This document shows, in pieces, positions 36,774 through 47,105 of a stretch of 64,000 nt of DNA. Source of the stretch: Anaerolineae bacterium (GTDB lineage: Bacteria > Chloroflexota > Anaerolineae > UBA1429); NCBI GenBank assembly GCA_963675785.1, contig OY776562.1:1824001-1888000 (forward strand), read 5' to 3'. How positions within the stretch are numbered: position 1 is the stretch's first letter; every line of letters begins with the position of its first letter. The position numbers and the translations under genes are program-made. Under the pieces are notes generated by a model, which saw only the letters and a program-made list of their open reading frames with translations, was not told the origin of the DNA and did no database searches.

Positions 36774-36872
36774 AATGACTCCCCCGTACTCATGAATGCT
36801 CGCTCATTGTAGCAAAGTGAAACGATGTAGCAAGTTGGCATTTGCAACCAAACAGACAGGTGTTATGAACAC

Positions 36873-36900
36873 TTGACACGAGTAGATGCCCGCATATACT
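36873..36900 (+). promoter_or_regulatory. sigma70-type promoter of the ferredoxin gene
   Basis: TTGACA-N16-TATACT. Confidence 0.7.
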
Positions 36901-36916
36901 CAGGGCGGATAATTAA

Positions 36917-37207
<291 letters not shown>

Positions 37208-37232
37208 GATTGGCTTTTGCGAAAGACCGAAC

Positions 37233-37265
37233 AAAAGGCTCTCTGACGTTGTCAGAGAGCCTTTT
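37233..37265. terminator. Bidirectional intrinsic terminator
   Basis: AAAAGGCTCTCTGAC-gtt-GTCAGAGAGCCTTTT. Confidence 0.88.
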
Positions 37266-37267
37266 CT

Positions 37268-38527
37268 TTACCACCGCAATAGTCCGTTATCCCATTCGAA
37301 AACATGGTTGCCCGCTGTAGCATTCACGGCTGCAAGCAAAAGCCCGCCTTCCCAGAACCAGCCATGTGCTCCAAAAGCAGCTCTGGATGCTGCCTGCTCA
37401 AGAGGTTTACCATCAAAACGTACTGTCGCAGGGCAAGGCGTCTCGGCGGCAAGGGTAAGATTTTCTGCGCCCATCGGCAGATTCAAACGAACCTGCCCCT
37501 CGACACTTTCAAGGTTGGCCATGCTGCGCGCACAGGCGTAACGCGTAATCTGTGAGGGCTTTTGCCACAATGTACGGCTGCCATCGGGATCGTGGGTACG
37601 CAAGCGTTCCACAACCTGCTGGAGCACACGAAATCCCCTGCGGTCGCCATCATGCAAGCCGTAGAAACCCTGCCAATGGCTGCACATGATTGCTGGCTGC
37701 CGCAGCCGGATCAATTCAACCAGACGCCCCCCGCTACCATCCTCACGGATGTAATAGTCAGCATCGGCCTGCCGGTAGCCTTCCCAACTGCCAGTATGAT
37801 CTTGGGTGGCAGCAATGATCTCCCCTACTGCTGTGCCAGATTCCACATCGGCGTACCATACCGGTGTCTCTATAGCAGGTCCATCCTCGATACGCTTGAA
37901 AAAGTAAGGGCAGGCGTTGCCAGTAACTTTGGATAAAACAGCTCCTGTGAGTTGGGCGTAGATCGGCAGGGAATTACCAGCGAACCCGCCGGGCGAGGTG
38001 ACCCCCTCTGGCGGCAAGCCCACATCACAGAGTATCTGGCAGGCCAGGCGCATGATACGATAGACCAAATCGGCGTTCTGTTCGGGAAGAGTTTCCCATT
38101 CGTATTGTTCCCAGGGCTCGCCCGTCAGAGGCTGAAGCGTATCAGGATCCAATACACGGGTGTGAGTCAGCATTTCCGGTGTTATGTCAAATGATGGAGT
38201 AATGAGTTCGCGACACATGCGCAGCCAGTCAGCCTGTTGCCCTCGCGTAAAAAGCGGCAGGGGTTTGTCGATACGGCCTATGCCCGCTGGCACGGGCACC
38301 ACACTAAACTTGCCGCGCACGCCGTTCTCCAAACACCAAGCGGCAAACTCGGCAGTAAATGCTTGGGGATGTACCACCGGCACATCCTGCCAACGCCGGT
38401 TTTGCCCATCGACGAGGTTCCGATCGCGCATCCAGAAATAATTGAGGTTGTAGAGCAGCGTAGAGTCGTCAATGATCAACGACAGCGGCACACGATCCAA
38501 TGCAAAACGTGTAATTTCGGCCTGCAT
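37268..38527 (-). CDS. Conserved hypothetical protein, possible polysaccharide-deacetylase-like barrel
   Basis: SLIIDDS, GKFSVVP, PEMLTH, GVTSPGGF and SHWQG motifs. RBS GGAGG. Confidence 0.55.
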   Translation of the reverse strand: MQAEITRFALDRVPLSLIIDDSTLLYNLNYFWMRDRNLVDGQNRRWQDVPVVHPQAFTAEFAAWCLENGVRGKFSVVPVPAGIGRIDKPLPLFTRGQQADWLRMCRELITPSFDITPEMLTHTRVLDPDTLQPLTGEPWEQYEWETLPEQNADLVYRIMRLACQILCDVGLPPEGVTSPGGFAGNSLPIYAQLTGAVLSKVTGNACPYFFKRIEDGPAIETPVWYADVESGTAVGEIIAATQDHTGSWEGYRQADADYYIREDGSGGRLVELIRLRQPAIMCSHWQGFYGLHDGDRRGFRVLQQVVERLRTHDPDGSRTLWQKPSQITRYACARSMANLESVEGQVRLNLPMGAENLTLAAETPCPATVRFDGKPLEQAASRAAFGAHGWFWEGGLLLAAVNATAGNHVFEWDNGLLRW

Positions 38528-38541
38528 GAGATGCCTCCCTG

Positions 38542-39249
38542 CTACATGCCGGTAGACCGCGCAGCTCCCACATAACGCTCATCATACAGCTCGGGCTTGT
38601 AGGCCATACGCCGGTCAGGACAGCCCTCGCGAGGACAGAGCAGGCAGCTGTAAAAGTCTTCTTCCACAGCAAAGCGAATGCCCGATACCGACTTGTTGGG
38701 CGTCATCAGCATGGTTTCGCCCAAAGCTACGCCAATAAGGTTTTGCGTATCTCCCAGCACATTGAACAGCGGCCGCTGCTCTCGGATGGGCCAATCGGCC
38801 AGGGAACCCGGCGCCATGGTTGACGTCTTGCCGGGATGGTACTGCTCATCAATAGTCTGCTTGAGTGCGGCGATGGCCGCCCCCAGCACGACCTCTTTGA
38901 TGGCCTCTGCCTCATATTGCAGCAAAAGGTCCTCTAGCGATTCTGCCCAGGCATTGATCTCGCAACCACACGTCGCTACATAGGCAAACACACGCTGCTT
39001 GCCTTGTAGATTAACGGACAGAACACGACTGACAAAATGCTCGCCTTCGATGATGACACCCGTTTCATCAAGCTCGGAGATAAACCCAGTACGGGCCATA
39101 GCCGCCGGTTTACCCACTTGCACGGCCTCAGCACAGAGTTTTTCAAACTCAGCGTAGGATTTGCTGGCGGGCTTGATGTGCAGACGGCGAGCCATAGCCT
39201 CGACATCCAGCGTCCAAGGGATATCATGCAACACGATGAGATCATTCAT
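38542..39249 (-). CDS. Vitamin B12-dependent methionine synthase activation-domain protein
   Basis: YVATCG, PGSL.DWPI.EQ..LF, M.P.KSVSGI and C-terminal C..C.R..CP.R. Confidence 0.8.
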   Translation of the reverse strand: MNDLIVLHDIPWTLDVEAMARRLHIKPASKSYAEFEKLCAEAVQVGKPAAMARTGFISELDETGVIIEGEHFVSRVLSVNLQGKQRVFAYVATCGCEINAWAESLEDLLLQYEAEAIKEVVLGAAIAALKQTIDEQYHPGKTSTMAPGSLADWPIREQRPLFNVLGDTQNLIGVALGETMLMTPNKSVSGIRFAVEEDFYSCLLCPREGCPDRRMAYKPELYDERYVGAARSTGM

Positions 39250-39499
39250 GCACGTAATAACCTCCAAATCCAAGAGCACCTATCTGACTTTTGACAAAGT
39301 ACAAACACAGGCAACAACAATCAGATCATCTCCAGAATGGCTGGCACACACAGTGCGAATAGACACATTTTTCCCTATATCGCAGATGCAAGCGAGCGAA
39401 CATCGACCTGCCCAGTGGAATCTTCTATTGACGCGCAAAGGCTGAGAGCGCTATGCTCAATATGCAGGACATGCTAACCAAGCAAGCGGAGGCAGCACA

Positions 39500-40480
39500 A
39501 TGAAGATCTTTGTAGTTGGGGGTACAGGATTTCTAGGATACCACACTATTCAGGCCTTAACGAAAAAAGGGCATTCCGCTGTCACCATCGCACTGCCACC
39601 CATGCCTGCACCCGAGCTTCTTCCAGAAAGTGTGCAGTGCGAACTCGGCAATATGAACGAGATGAGCGACGATTATTTGGTAGAGTTGATGCGGGGATGC
39701 GATGGGTTGGTGTTTGCTGCAGGAAAAGATGAGCGCATCGTACCAGAAGCGCCCGCCTATCCTTTTTTCCGCAAAGCTAACGTCGATGATTGTGTACGCA
39801 TGATTCACATTGGCGTACGTGCAGGCGTCAAACGTGCTGTAGTGCTCAACTCTTATTTTGCTACCTTTGCCCGGCGCTGGCCTGAGCTAGAGATGGCGCG
39901 CTGGCACCCCTATGTACGCAGTCGTATCGAACAAGCCCAAGAAGCCATTGCTGCTGGGGGCCCGAATATGGATGTGATGATTCTGGAGCTACCCTACATC
40001 TTTGGCACCATGCCGGGGCGTACACCGCTGTGGACCATCTTCACAGACATGTTTTTGGCGCAGCGCGCGGTGTATTACACATCCGGGGGCTCAGCCTGCA
40101 TTACCGCCAAACAAGTGGGGCAGGCCGTTGTAGGGGCGCTAGAACAAGGCAGAGCAGGCGAGCGCTATCCCATTGGGTGGAAGAACCTGACCTGGAAAGA
40201 GCTTTATACCAAGTTCGTGGAGTATATGGGCATCCAACGCAAACTGCGCCATGCACCCAAATGGTTGGCCAAGCTCTTTGCCCGCAATATGCTCGCCCGC
40301 GAAAGGCATGAGGGCAAAGAAGCGGGAAGTAACCCGGTTCACTTTATGGATACCCAGTGCCGCGAGACCTTTATCGACCCCGAACCCGTCATGACCGAAT
40401 TGGGCTATGAACCCGACGATCTCGATGCGGCCATCGCCGATTCTGTGCGGGCCTGCATGGCCTCTTACAAAACCCTCTAG
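39500..40480 (+). CDS. NAD-dependent epimerase/dehydratase family protein
   Basis: VVGGTGFLG, AAG.DER, HPY..SR and LPYIFG. Confidence 0.85.
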   Translation: MKIFVVGGTGFLGYHTIQALTKKGHSAVTIALPPMPAPELLPESVQCELGNMNEMSDDYLVELMRGCDGLVFAAGKDERIVPEAPAYPFFRKANVDDCVRMIHIGVRAGVKRAVVLNSYFATFARRWPELEMARWHPYVRSRIEQAQEAIAAGGPNMDVMILELPYIFGTMPGRTPLWTIFTDMFLAQRAVYYTSGGSACITAKQVGQAVVGALEQGRAGERYPIGWKNLTWKELYTKFVEYMGIQRKLRHAPKWLAKLFARNMLARERHEGKEAGSNPVHFMDTQCRETFIDPEPVMTELGYEPDDLDAAIADSVRACMASYKTL

Positions 40481-40484
40481 CAAA

Positions 40485-40519
40485 GCGGCCAGTCGTCTTT
40501 CCGACTGGCCGCACCTTTT
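40485..40519. terminator. Terminator between convergent genes
   Basis: GCGGCCAGTCG-tctttc-CGACTGGCCGC followed by ACCTTTT. Confidence 0.7.
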
Positions 40520-41406
40520 CAGATATCCAAACGTTGGCGCACGCGATCCATAAGGCTCTCTGGTGCATGGGTGCACACGGCAAACAAAAGCAAGAGCCCC
40601 GGACCGCCGTGGCTGGCCAATGAAACACCAATCTCATCAACCTCGATATCTTCTTCGGACCTGCCCAAGGCCTCGGATAGACGCGTACGCATATCCATAG
40701 CAGCGTCCTCGGTTCGAGCATGCAAAATGATGATGCGCTCCACCGAATCCAGCCTGGCAATCTCTTCGACAATGCGGATCATGCCTTTTTTGCTAGACCG
40801 AGAAACGCCAACCAGTTTGAGTTCGCCGTCGGTCATGGTCAACAAGGGTTTGACATTTAGCGCACGCGCCACCCGATCAATGGTAGGCAAAACGCGGTCT
40901 AGCCGCCCACCGCGCCGAATATACTCGAGCGATTCGAGCTGCAAACGGGCCAGCGTTCGCTCGCGCAAATCCTGCAGTGCTGGCAGAATCTCCTCCACCG
41001 TGTGGCCCTCACGTGCCATTTTGGCAGCCAATTCGACCTGCAGCCCCGCCCCACGAGAGGCGAATCGCGAATCACAAACCGTCACGCGATTGCCAAAATC
41101 CATGGCCCCCAACCGCGCGCTGTTGAACGTGCCGCTGTGCTCAGCAGTAATGGTAATACAAAGCGCATCATCGCCGGCATCCACAATCTCTTGAAAAGCC
41201 CGTACGAAATCCCCTGCCGGCGGCTGAGAGGTTAGCGGCTTAAAGCCCTGTTCGATATAAGCCCAGAACTCTTCGCGAGCAGTTGGGGAATCAGGAACCC
41301 TATGATCTCCCAGCGTCACCACAATCGGCACCACGCTGATGCCATACTCCTCTGCCAGCCCAGCAGACAAGTCCGTTCCACTGTCACACACGATGCGCAG
41401 TGCCAA
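40519..41406 (-). CDS. DegV-family fatty-acid-binding protein
   Basis: IV.DS..DL, TSQP..GDF, SGTFNSA, L.Y..RGGR and H.GPG. Confidence 0.9.
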   Translation of the reverse strand: MALRIVCDSGTDLSAGLAEEYGISVVPIVVTLGDHRVPDSPTAREEFWAYIEQGFKPLTSQPPAGDFVRAFQEIVDAGDDALCITITAEHSGTFNSARLGAMDFGNRVTVCDSRFASRGAGLQVELAAKMAREGHTVEEILPALQDLRERTLARLQLESLEYIRRGGRLDRVLPTIDRVARALNVKPLLTMTDGELKLVGVSRSSKKGMIRIVEEIARLDSVERIIILHARTEDAAMDMRTRLSEALGRSEEDIEVDEIGVSLASHGGPGLLLLFAVCTHAPESLMDRVRQRLDI

Positions 41407-41451
41407 GTTTCCCCCTTCCGCGCCGAGGCGTCTATCGCCCTAGCCCAAACT

Positions 41452-41859
41452 CTAGTGTCCGCCTTGTGGTTGAAGGCGATCACGATCCAATATGCCGCGC
41501 TGTGCCCCAGCCTGCGCCCCGTATTCCCTGGCGCAATCGGCACATGATTGCAGCACAATCTCGTCGACCATACGAATAACCAAATCGATGTAATCGGATG
41601 TGGTCTCAGCAAACTCTTCCGCGCCTTCTGGCACATCCAAGTTCAATATACGCTCTTGCGCGGCTAACAGGTCATCCAGCAGTTCTGCCGCCTGATCTAC
41701 GCCCATATCCAGCGCCGTTTCAAGAGCCTGATCAAATAAGACCAACTCTTCATCTACTGCGCTTACATAAGCATCCACCGGATCGGTTTTCTGACAGCCG
41801 ACCAGCGTAGAACTGGCCACGATAGCCGCAAGCAGGAATATCCTAGCTAATGTCTTCAC
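41452..41859 (-). CDS. Small putative lipoprotein
   Basis: MKTLARIFLLAAIVASSTLVGC lipobox-like signal followed by a helical acidic domain. Confidence 0.6.
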   Translation of the reverse strand: MKTLARIFLLAAIVASSTLVGCQKTDPVDAYVSAVDEELVLFDQALETALDMGVDQAAELLDDLLAAQERILNLDVPEGAEEFAETTSDYIDLVIRMVDEIVLQSCADCAREYGAQAGAQRGILDRDRLQPQGGH

Positions 41860-43021
41860 GAATCACCTCAACTTGAGGCGGATTGCAGAAATCATGGTAA
41901 CGTTCGGTAGCGTTGGCATCGGCAGCATCGCCATCATGCACCAGAATGCGATAATGCCAGGTGAGGCTTTCGCCAGCGGGGATGATCAAATCCCAGGTAT
42001 TGTTAGGATCGCCTGTGAAATCATGGAGCGCAATTGGATTAGCCGTCATCAATCCGTAATTGCGCACGTGCCAGAACGTGGGATATCGCGGGTTATTCTG
42101 ATGATCCATCAGGCACACACCGCGCCAACCAAGTTCCGTGGGACCAGAGTAATCACACCAGGGGGCACGTTGGCCCCAGGCCTCATCCTCTAACACTGCC
42201 CCGTAACCATTAACAAAACGTCCGCCGCTCATATCGCCTGTCACATCCATGGATGTGGCTACACGCACCGCGATCAAGCCCCCCTCTTTAGTATCTCCCA
42301 TCACCACCGGCCCTTGCGAGGCTTCGAATGTGATCTCGTAATCGATGAGACGGCACTCAGCTGGGGCATTGTAAAAAGTGAGCCGGCGCGTCTCGGTCAT
42401 ATTCGGTTGATGGTCGGCATCGGTCCAATGTAGAATCTCGGAAAAACCGCCGGCCACCGGGCCGGAATAGATACGAGTGAATACCTGATGCACCTGATAC
42501 CCGTGCCCCTCGACCTCACTCCAGTTATCCACACCATTGACGGCTCCCTGTGCGGTGTAAATGCCCTTGTGATGAGGATGGTCGCGCGTATCGCCCTCGG
42601 CATCGGGAACCATGGGCCAATCCCGAGTGATGCCCACCCCGCCGCTGGCCAGCACCGGGTAGAGATAGGGTCGGACCACATCCGCATAGTTGTACACGGT
42701 GAATCGTTCACCGTTGATGTTCACGATGAGCTTGTCACCCGTATCAGAAACCAGCACACGTTCATCCGGCGCCGTCATAACACCGCCAGAAACGAGGTGG
42801 TATTCGATGGTAGCACAAGCCGGTTCGTTCTCTACAATCCAGGCCAACTGAATGGCGTCATCCTCGCGCCAGGCCTGCAGTGGCAATTCATTCCCGGCTA
42901 CATCCTGCAAATGCAATGTGGCAGGATCTATATCGGCAGCAACATCTAACCTGGCTGTCATGGGGCAATAAGTACGGTGATGCCATCCCGATTTCACGCA
43001 GATTGTTGCCAGACGTTTCAT
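41843..43021 (-). CDS. DUF6807/PmoA-like family protein
   Basis: RPYLYPV, DHPHHKG, GDTKEGG, A.WCDYSG and WHVRNYGL.TANP. Confidence 0.8.
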   Translation of the reverse strand: MKRLATICVKSGWHHRTYCPMTARLDVAADIDPATLHLQDVAGNELPLQAWREDDAIQLAWIVENEPACATIEYHLVSGGVMTAPDERVLVSDTGDKLIVNINGERFTVYNYADVVRPYLYPVLASGGVGITRDWPMVPDAEGDTRDHPHHKGIYTAQGAVNGVDNWSEVEGHGYQVHQVFTRIYSGPVAGGFSEILHWTDADHQPNMTETRRLTFYNAPAECRLIDYEITFEASQGPVVMGDTKEGGLIAVRVATSMDVTGDMSGGRFVNGYGAVLEDEAWGQRAPWCDYSGPTELGWRGVCLMDHQNNPRYPTFWHVRNYGLMTANPIALHDFTGDPNNTWDLIIPAGESLTWHYRILVHDGDAADANATERYHDFCNPPQVEVIREDIS

Positions 43022-43028
43022 GATATAT

Positions 43029-43847
43029 CTATGCTCCTTGTGTGGTTCTTAAATTGTAAATGCTCTGCCGAGCAATTTCATGAGGGTCTATTATGGTATC
43101 AAAAGCTTCGACGGAAAGCCAGCCATCGTAGCCAATCTCATTCAATGCTGCCATAATCGGCTCAAAGGCCACGTCGCCCATGCCAGGGCCAAGGCGGTTG
43201 GGATCATTGACATGAACATGACGGATTCTATCCCCAACAAGCCGAATTTGATCGGCCACCGGGCGCGAATCATGAGCCATGGCCTTGACATCGACCATCA
43301 GACCGAACCCGGGCCGTCCTACCTCTTCCACAAGCTTGATAGCCTCATCAATGCAGGTGATAAACGCACACTCGGGGGCGGGTAAGGCTTCGATGCACAA
43401 AGTTACACCGCAATCGGCCGCCCGTTCACCACAATGCGCCATTGTTTGCCTAAACCAACCCCAGGCTTTTGCAAAAGGTACGCCTTCACAGGGATTACGC
43501 TGCGCTGGCGACCCCAACACCAAAATGCTCCCACCTAGCTCAGCGCACAGGTCTATTTCGGCCAGCAAATAGTCGGCCGCCGCTTCGCGTTGAGACGAAT
43601 CCGAGGAACAAAGGTGTTTGCCCTCGGTATGCGCCAACAGCCAATGCAGGCCAACTACGAGCAGGCCATTGTCTTCGATCTCGCGGCGAATACGATGGCG
43701 AACTTTGCCAGTCAAGTCATGCACATCGTCGCAAAGTGTATAGGGAGCAAGCTCCAGACCGGCATACCCCAGTTCAGCCAAAAAGGCCGCCGTATCAGCC
43801 AAAGGGCCCTCAAATAACTCATTACACATGGCATAGCGTTCTGCCAC
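43029..43847 (-). CDS. Sugar phosphate isomerase/epimerase (ketose 3-epimerase-like TIM barrel)
   Basis: CNELF, LE.AP, GLHWLL, VLGSP.QR, IE.L, H.H.NDPN..GPG.G and SVE.F. Confidence 0.88.
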   Translation of the reverse strand: MAERYAMCNELFEGPLADTAAFLAELGYAGLELAPYTLCDDVHDLTGKVRHRIRREIEDNGLLVVGLHWLLAHTEGKHLCSSDSSQREAAADYLLAEIDLCAELGGSILVLGSPAQRNPCEGVPFAKAWGWFRQTMAHCGERAADCGVTLCIEALPAPECAFITCIDEAIKLVEEVGRPGFGLMVDVKAMAHDSRPVADQIRLVGDRIRHVHVNDPNRLGPGMGDVAFEPIMAALNEIGYDGWLSVEAFDTIIDPHEIARQSIYNLRTTQGA

Positions 43848-43985
43848 AAATCACTCCCTCTTTAGACCTACCCTGCTATCATTCTACTCTGCCATTCTAC
43901 TTCCTTCAACAGCCCCTTGACATGTCCGATTGGCGCAGTATCCTTGCAGGCAAGATTGCAAAAAGCTACAGAGAAGGAGAGCCGC

Positions 43986-45872
43986 ATGTATCGATCCATC
44001 TTCACTGACGAACTGGGTCTCGACATCGCAGAAGCACTGCCCATCATCAAATCATGGGGGCTCGACTATTGCGATCTTCGCGCCATGGTTTTTGGCAAAG
44101 GCTGTGAATACCTCACCCAGGAAGAACTGGAAGAGGTCAAAAGGTTGCTCAAGCAGAACGGCCTCAAGCTGGGCTGCCTGCAAACATCGTTAGCCAAGGT
44201 TCAGCTCCCCGACCGAGAGCGTCAGGAGGCCGAAGAGGCCAAGATGGAAGGGATCATCCGCGCCGCTGACGCGCTGGATTGCAATCTGGTGCGCAGCTTT
44301 TTCTACTGGCACCCCAAGGACGACCTGCGCGGCAAGTTGAGCATCCTCCCTGACCAGCAGCAAAAAGTTCTCGATATGTTCGAACCACTGGCCAATCGTG
44401 CCATCGAGGCCGGCCTCAAAATCGGATTCGAGAACTGCGGCGTAACCGCCGATGAGGTGTTTACTATCCTCGATGAGCTGAATGTGCCCGGATGGGGCCT
44501 AGCCTGGGATCCGGCTAACGGCTGGGAGCAAAAAGAGAACCTAGAAGACGAAGTCGAATATCTGGTTACCTGTGCCCAGCGCTCGGTGATGGTGCACGTC
44601 AAGGCAAGAGGTTCTGTTATTCCATTAGAAGGCGAAATCCTCCCCTGGGCTCGCATTCTGACAACCTGCGCTGCCGCTGGCCTAGAAGGCCCTGTAAGTG
44701 CCGAAACACATAACCGCGATAAAACGATGAGCGACGTGGACGTGTCGCACAGCGTGATACAAGTTATGGAACGCGCCTGGCCGCTAGAAGCGCCGGGGGA
44801 AATCTATGAAGCTGCCAAGCCACGCAACACAGGCATTGTTCGAGATTGGGATAATGACCCGGTAGGCTTTGTGGTGGTGGGACTGGGCATGGGCCATAAC
44901 CGTGCCCGTGTGGTTACACAGACATCGGGAGCTCGCCTGCTGGGCGTTTGCGACCTCGTTGAGGAAAGAGCTCAACGATCTGCTGAGGAATACGGCGTGC
45001 CTTATACCCTGGATATCGAAGACTGGCTGGATCAGGACGATGTCGAGGTAGTTTATGTCATGACGCCCACCGGCTTGCATGGTAAGGTGGCCCGGCAGGC
45101 GATTGCCGCTGGCAAGCACGTGCTCACTACCAAACCCATGGACGCCTCGCTCAAGGCTTGCGATGCCACGATCAGGGCGGCTGAAGAAGAAAACGTTCTG
45201 TTGGGAGTCGACTTCGACCGCCGCTTTCAGGATGATTTGCTTTCATTACAAGCCAGCGTGCGTGAAGACAAACTGGGCAGACTGTTAAGTGGCCAGTGCT
45301 CGCTGCAGGTGCTGCGCGGCCCCGAGTATTTCCAAGGCATCAGTGCCTGGCATGGTACCTGGGAACTGGATGGTGGCGGCGTACTCTCTAACCAATCCAT
45401 CCATCATATTGATGAATTGGCCTTTGCTCTGGGCATTCCCTCGCGCGTACGCTGCGACATCTACACCCAGACACATGAGATCGAAGCCGAGGATCTGGGC
45501 ACAGCCGTATGGGTTTATGACGACGGGCCAGTTATCACCTTTTACGGTACCACCAGTTACCCGCAAAAGACCTGGTATCATCGGCTGGATTTGTTTGGTA
45601 CAGAGGGCGCCTTCCATCACACTGAGGGTGGCCCTTACAACAAACCTGAGACACATTGGTTTGTGGGTGGTGAATGGAGCGATAAGGCGCCTGTTAGCGT
45701 GCATTCACACTGGCAGAGTGCAGCGGATAACATGGCCGCTGCTGTACGCACCGGAGTCGAGCTGACTTGTACGGGGCGAGATGGCCGCCGTACCCAGTCC
45801 ATTCTGGATGCCATGTACCGCTCGGCCAAACTGGGCGGAGCCTGGGTCGGTGTCGAGCCAGACCTAGATTAA
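43986..45872 (+). CDS. Fusion: xylose-isomerase-like TIM barrel + Gfo/Idh/MocA oxidoreductase
   Basis: N-half SIFTDE, FEN, WDPAN, VHVK and ETH. C-half VVGLGMG, TP.G.H, GKHVL..KP and GGG.L.NQ.IH.ID. Confidence 0.85.
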   Translation: MYRSIFTDELGLDIAEALPIIKSWGLDYCDLRAMVFGKGCEYLTQEELEEVKRLLKQNGLKLGCLQTSLAKVQLPDRERQEAEEAKMEGIIRAADALDCNLVRSFFYWHPKDDLRGKLSILPDQQQKVLDMFEPLANRAIEAGLKIGFENCGVTADEVFTILDELNVPGWGLAWDPANGWEQKENLEDEVEYLVTCAQRSVMVHVKARGSVIPLEGEILPWARILTTCAAAGLEGPVSAETHNRDKTMSDVDVSHSVIQVMERAWPLEAPGEIYEAAKPRNTGIVRDWDNDPVGFVVVGLGMGHNRARVVTQTSGARLLGVCDLVEERAQRSAEEYGVPYTLDIEDWLDQDDVEVVYVMTPTGLHGKVARQAIAAGKHVLTTKPMDASLKACDATIRAAEEENVLLGVDFDRRFQDDLLSLQASVREDKLGRLLSGQCSLQVLRGPEYFQGISAWHGTWELDGGGVLSNQSIHHIDELAFALGIPSRVRCDIYTQTHEIEAEDLGTAVWVYDDGPVITFYGTTSYPQKTWYHRLDLFGTEGAFHHTEGGPYNKPETHWFVGGEWSDKAPVSVHSHWQSAADNMAAAVRTGVELTCTGRDGRRTQSILDAMYRSAKLGGAWVGVEPDLD

Positions 45873-45908
45873 AAAAAGAGGGGAGCGGACAACCGCTCCC
45901 CTCTTTTT
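45871..45908. terminator. Bidirectional intrinsic terminator
   Basis: AAAAAAAGAGGGGAGCGG-acaa-CCGCTCCCCTCTTTTT. Confidence 0.88.
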
Positions 45909-45915
45909 CGTTTTG

Positions 45916-47076
45916 CTACTTGATGCCCTTGGCGCGCATCATATCGTCGATATTGACCACCACCAATTGGGCCCTGCCGCTGGCATCCGAGGCCACCAAA
46001 AGCTCTTGGCCATCCCACGACCAGGCGGGGTGCAAATGGGTGCCCGTATGCGAATGGTTCAGCACCCCCATGTGCAGCACGTCATAGGCAGTGTCGGTTA
46101 GCGTGTCTACCACCAACAGCGAAGCACCACCCTCACCCGCCAACACATAGTCCGCGGCGATCCAACGGCCATCTGGCGAATAGCTAGGATGTCCCATACC
46201 ACCCAAGGCCTTGGTAGCCAAGCTGCGCTCACCAGTCTCGGTATCATAGAGCACCATCGAGAGTTTGGGCCTGCCGGGGAACTCGGCGTTCGCCAAAATC
46301 TGGTGGCAATTGGGATGCCAGAGCGGATGATGACCAAACTCACCCACGCGCTTGAGCCCTGTGCCATCGGCGTTGATCACATAGATATCCTTGACGCGAG
46401 GCAGCTCGTTGTACTTGTCCGCATAGAAAATCTCGTTGGTAAACACAAACATCAGGCGTTGGCCATCAGGCGACCACTTGGTGTGCTTGATGTAGAGATG
46501 CCAGCCATCGATCTCGTCACGGCGGGGATGAATGTCCAGACAATCTTGGATGCTCACCACTTGGTGAGATTTACCCGTAGCAAAGTCGATGATACGGGCA
46601 CCTCGTTCGGCATAATTCAGTCTGACGTGCTCATCGGGCTGGAGATGATAGTCATCAAAATACGTACCCTTGTCACCCGTAGGGCAAACCATGCGAATGG
46701 CGCCGGGCACGCTCCCCGATTCACCGTTTTCAACATAGGTCCAAGAGAGGCACAGATTGCCATCCTCATCGCGATCATCATAAAACACGCGAGTGCCATC
46801 CGCCGACCACTGCGCCTTGGCGCCGTCGTTTGAGGTCATAAAGCGCGAATGAGCCACCACGCAAAGATTCTCGCCGGTACGTGAGGCCACACAAATGTCG
46901 CCTTCAGAAGCCAGCGGCGCCAAACGCGAAAAAACCACGTCGAACGATGTTCTCGACCAGGGCGGCAAATCATAATACCCGTGTACACTGCGCAGTTCAG
47001 GATGGCTCGTAAGCTGTAGTACCGGCACCCCCGTTACGGGATCCTTGTATCGAACGGCCTCGCATGTTCCAGTCAT
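45916..47076 (-). CDS. TolB-like / oligogalacturonate-lyase-like beta-propeller
   Basis: Y.DP.TG..V.QLT start, repeated WS.DG/SPDG blades and H.HP.WS.DG. Confidence 0.7.
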   Translation of the reverse strand: MTGTCEAVRYKDPVTGVPVLQLTSHPELRSVHGYYDLPPWSRTSFDVVFSRLAPLASEGDICVASRTGENLCVVAHSRFMTSNDGAKAQWSADGTRVFYDDRDEDGNLCLSWTYVENGESGSVPGAIRMVCPTGDKGTYFDDYHLQPDEHVRLNYAERGARIIDFATGKSHQVVSIQDCLDIHPRRDEIDGWHLYIKHTKWSPDGQRLMFVFTNEIFYADKYNELPRVKDIYVINADGTGLKRVGEFGHHPLWHPNCHQILANAEFPGRPKLSMVLYDTETGERSLATKALGGMGHPSYSPDGRWIAADYVLAGEGGASLLVVDTLTDTAYDVLHMGVLNHSHTGTHLHPAWSWDGQELLVASDASGRAQLVVVNIDDMMRAKGIK

Positions 47077-47105
47077 CGTGTGCCCCTCCCCCCAGAGAGT
47101 ATCTA

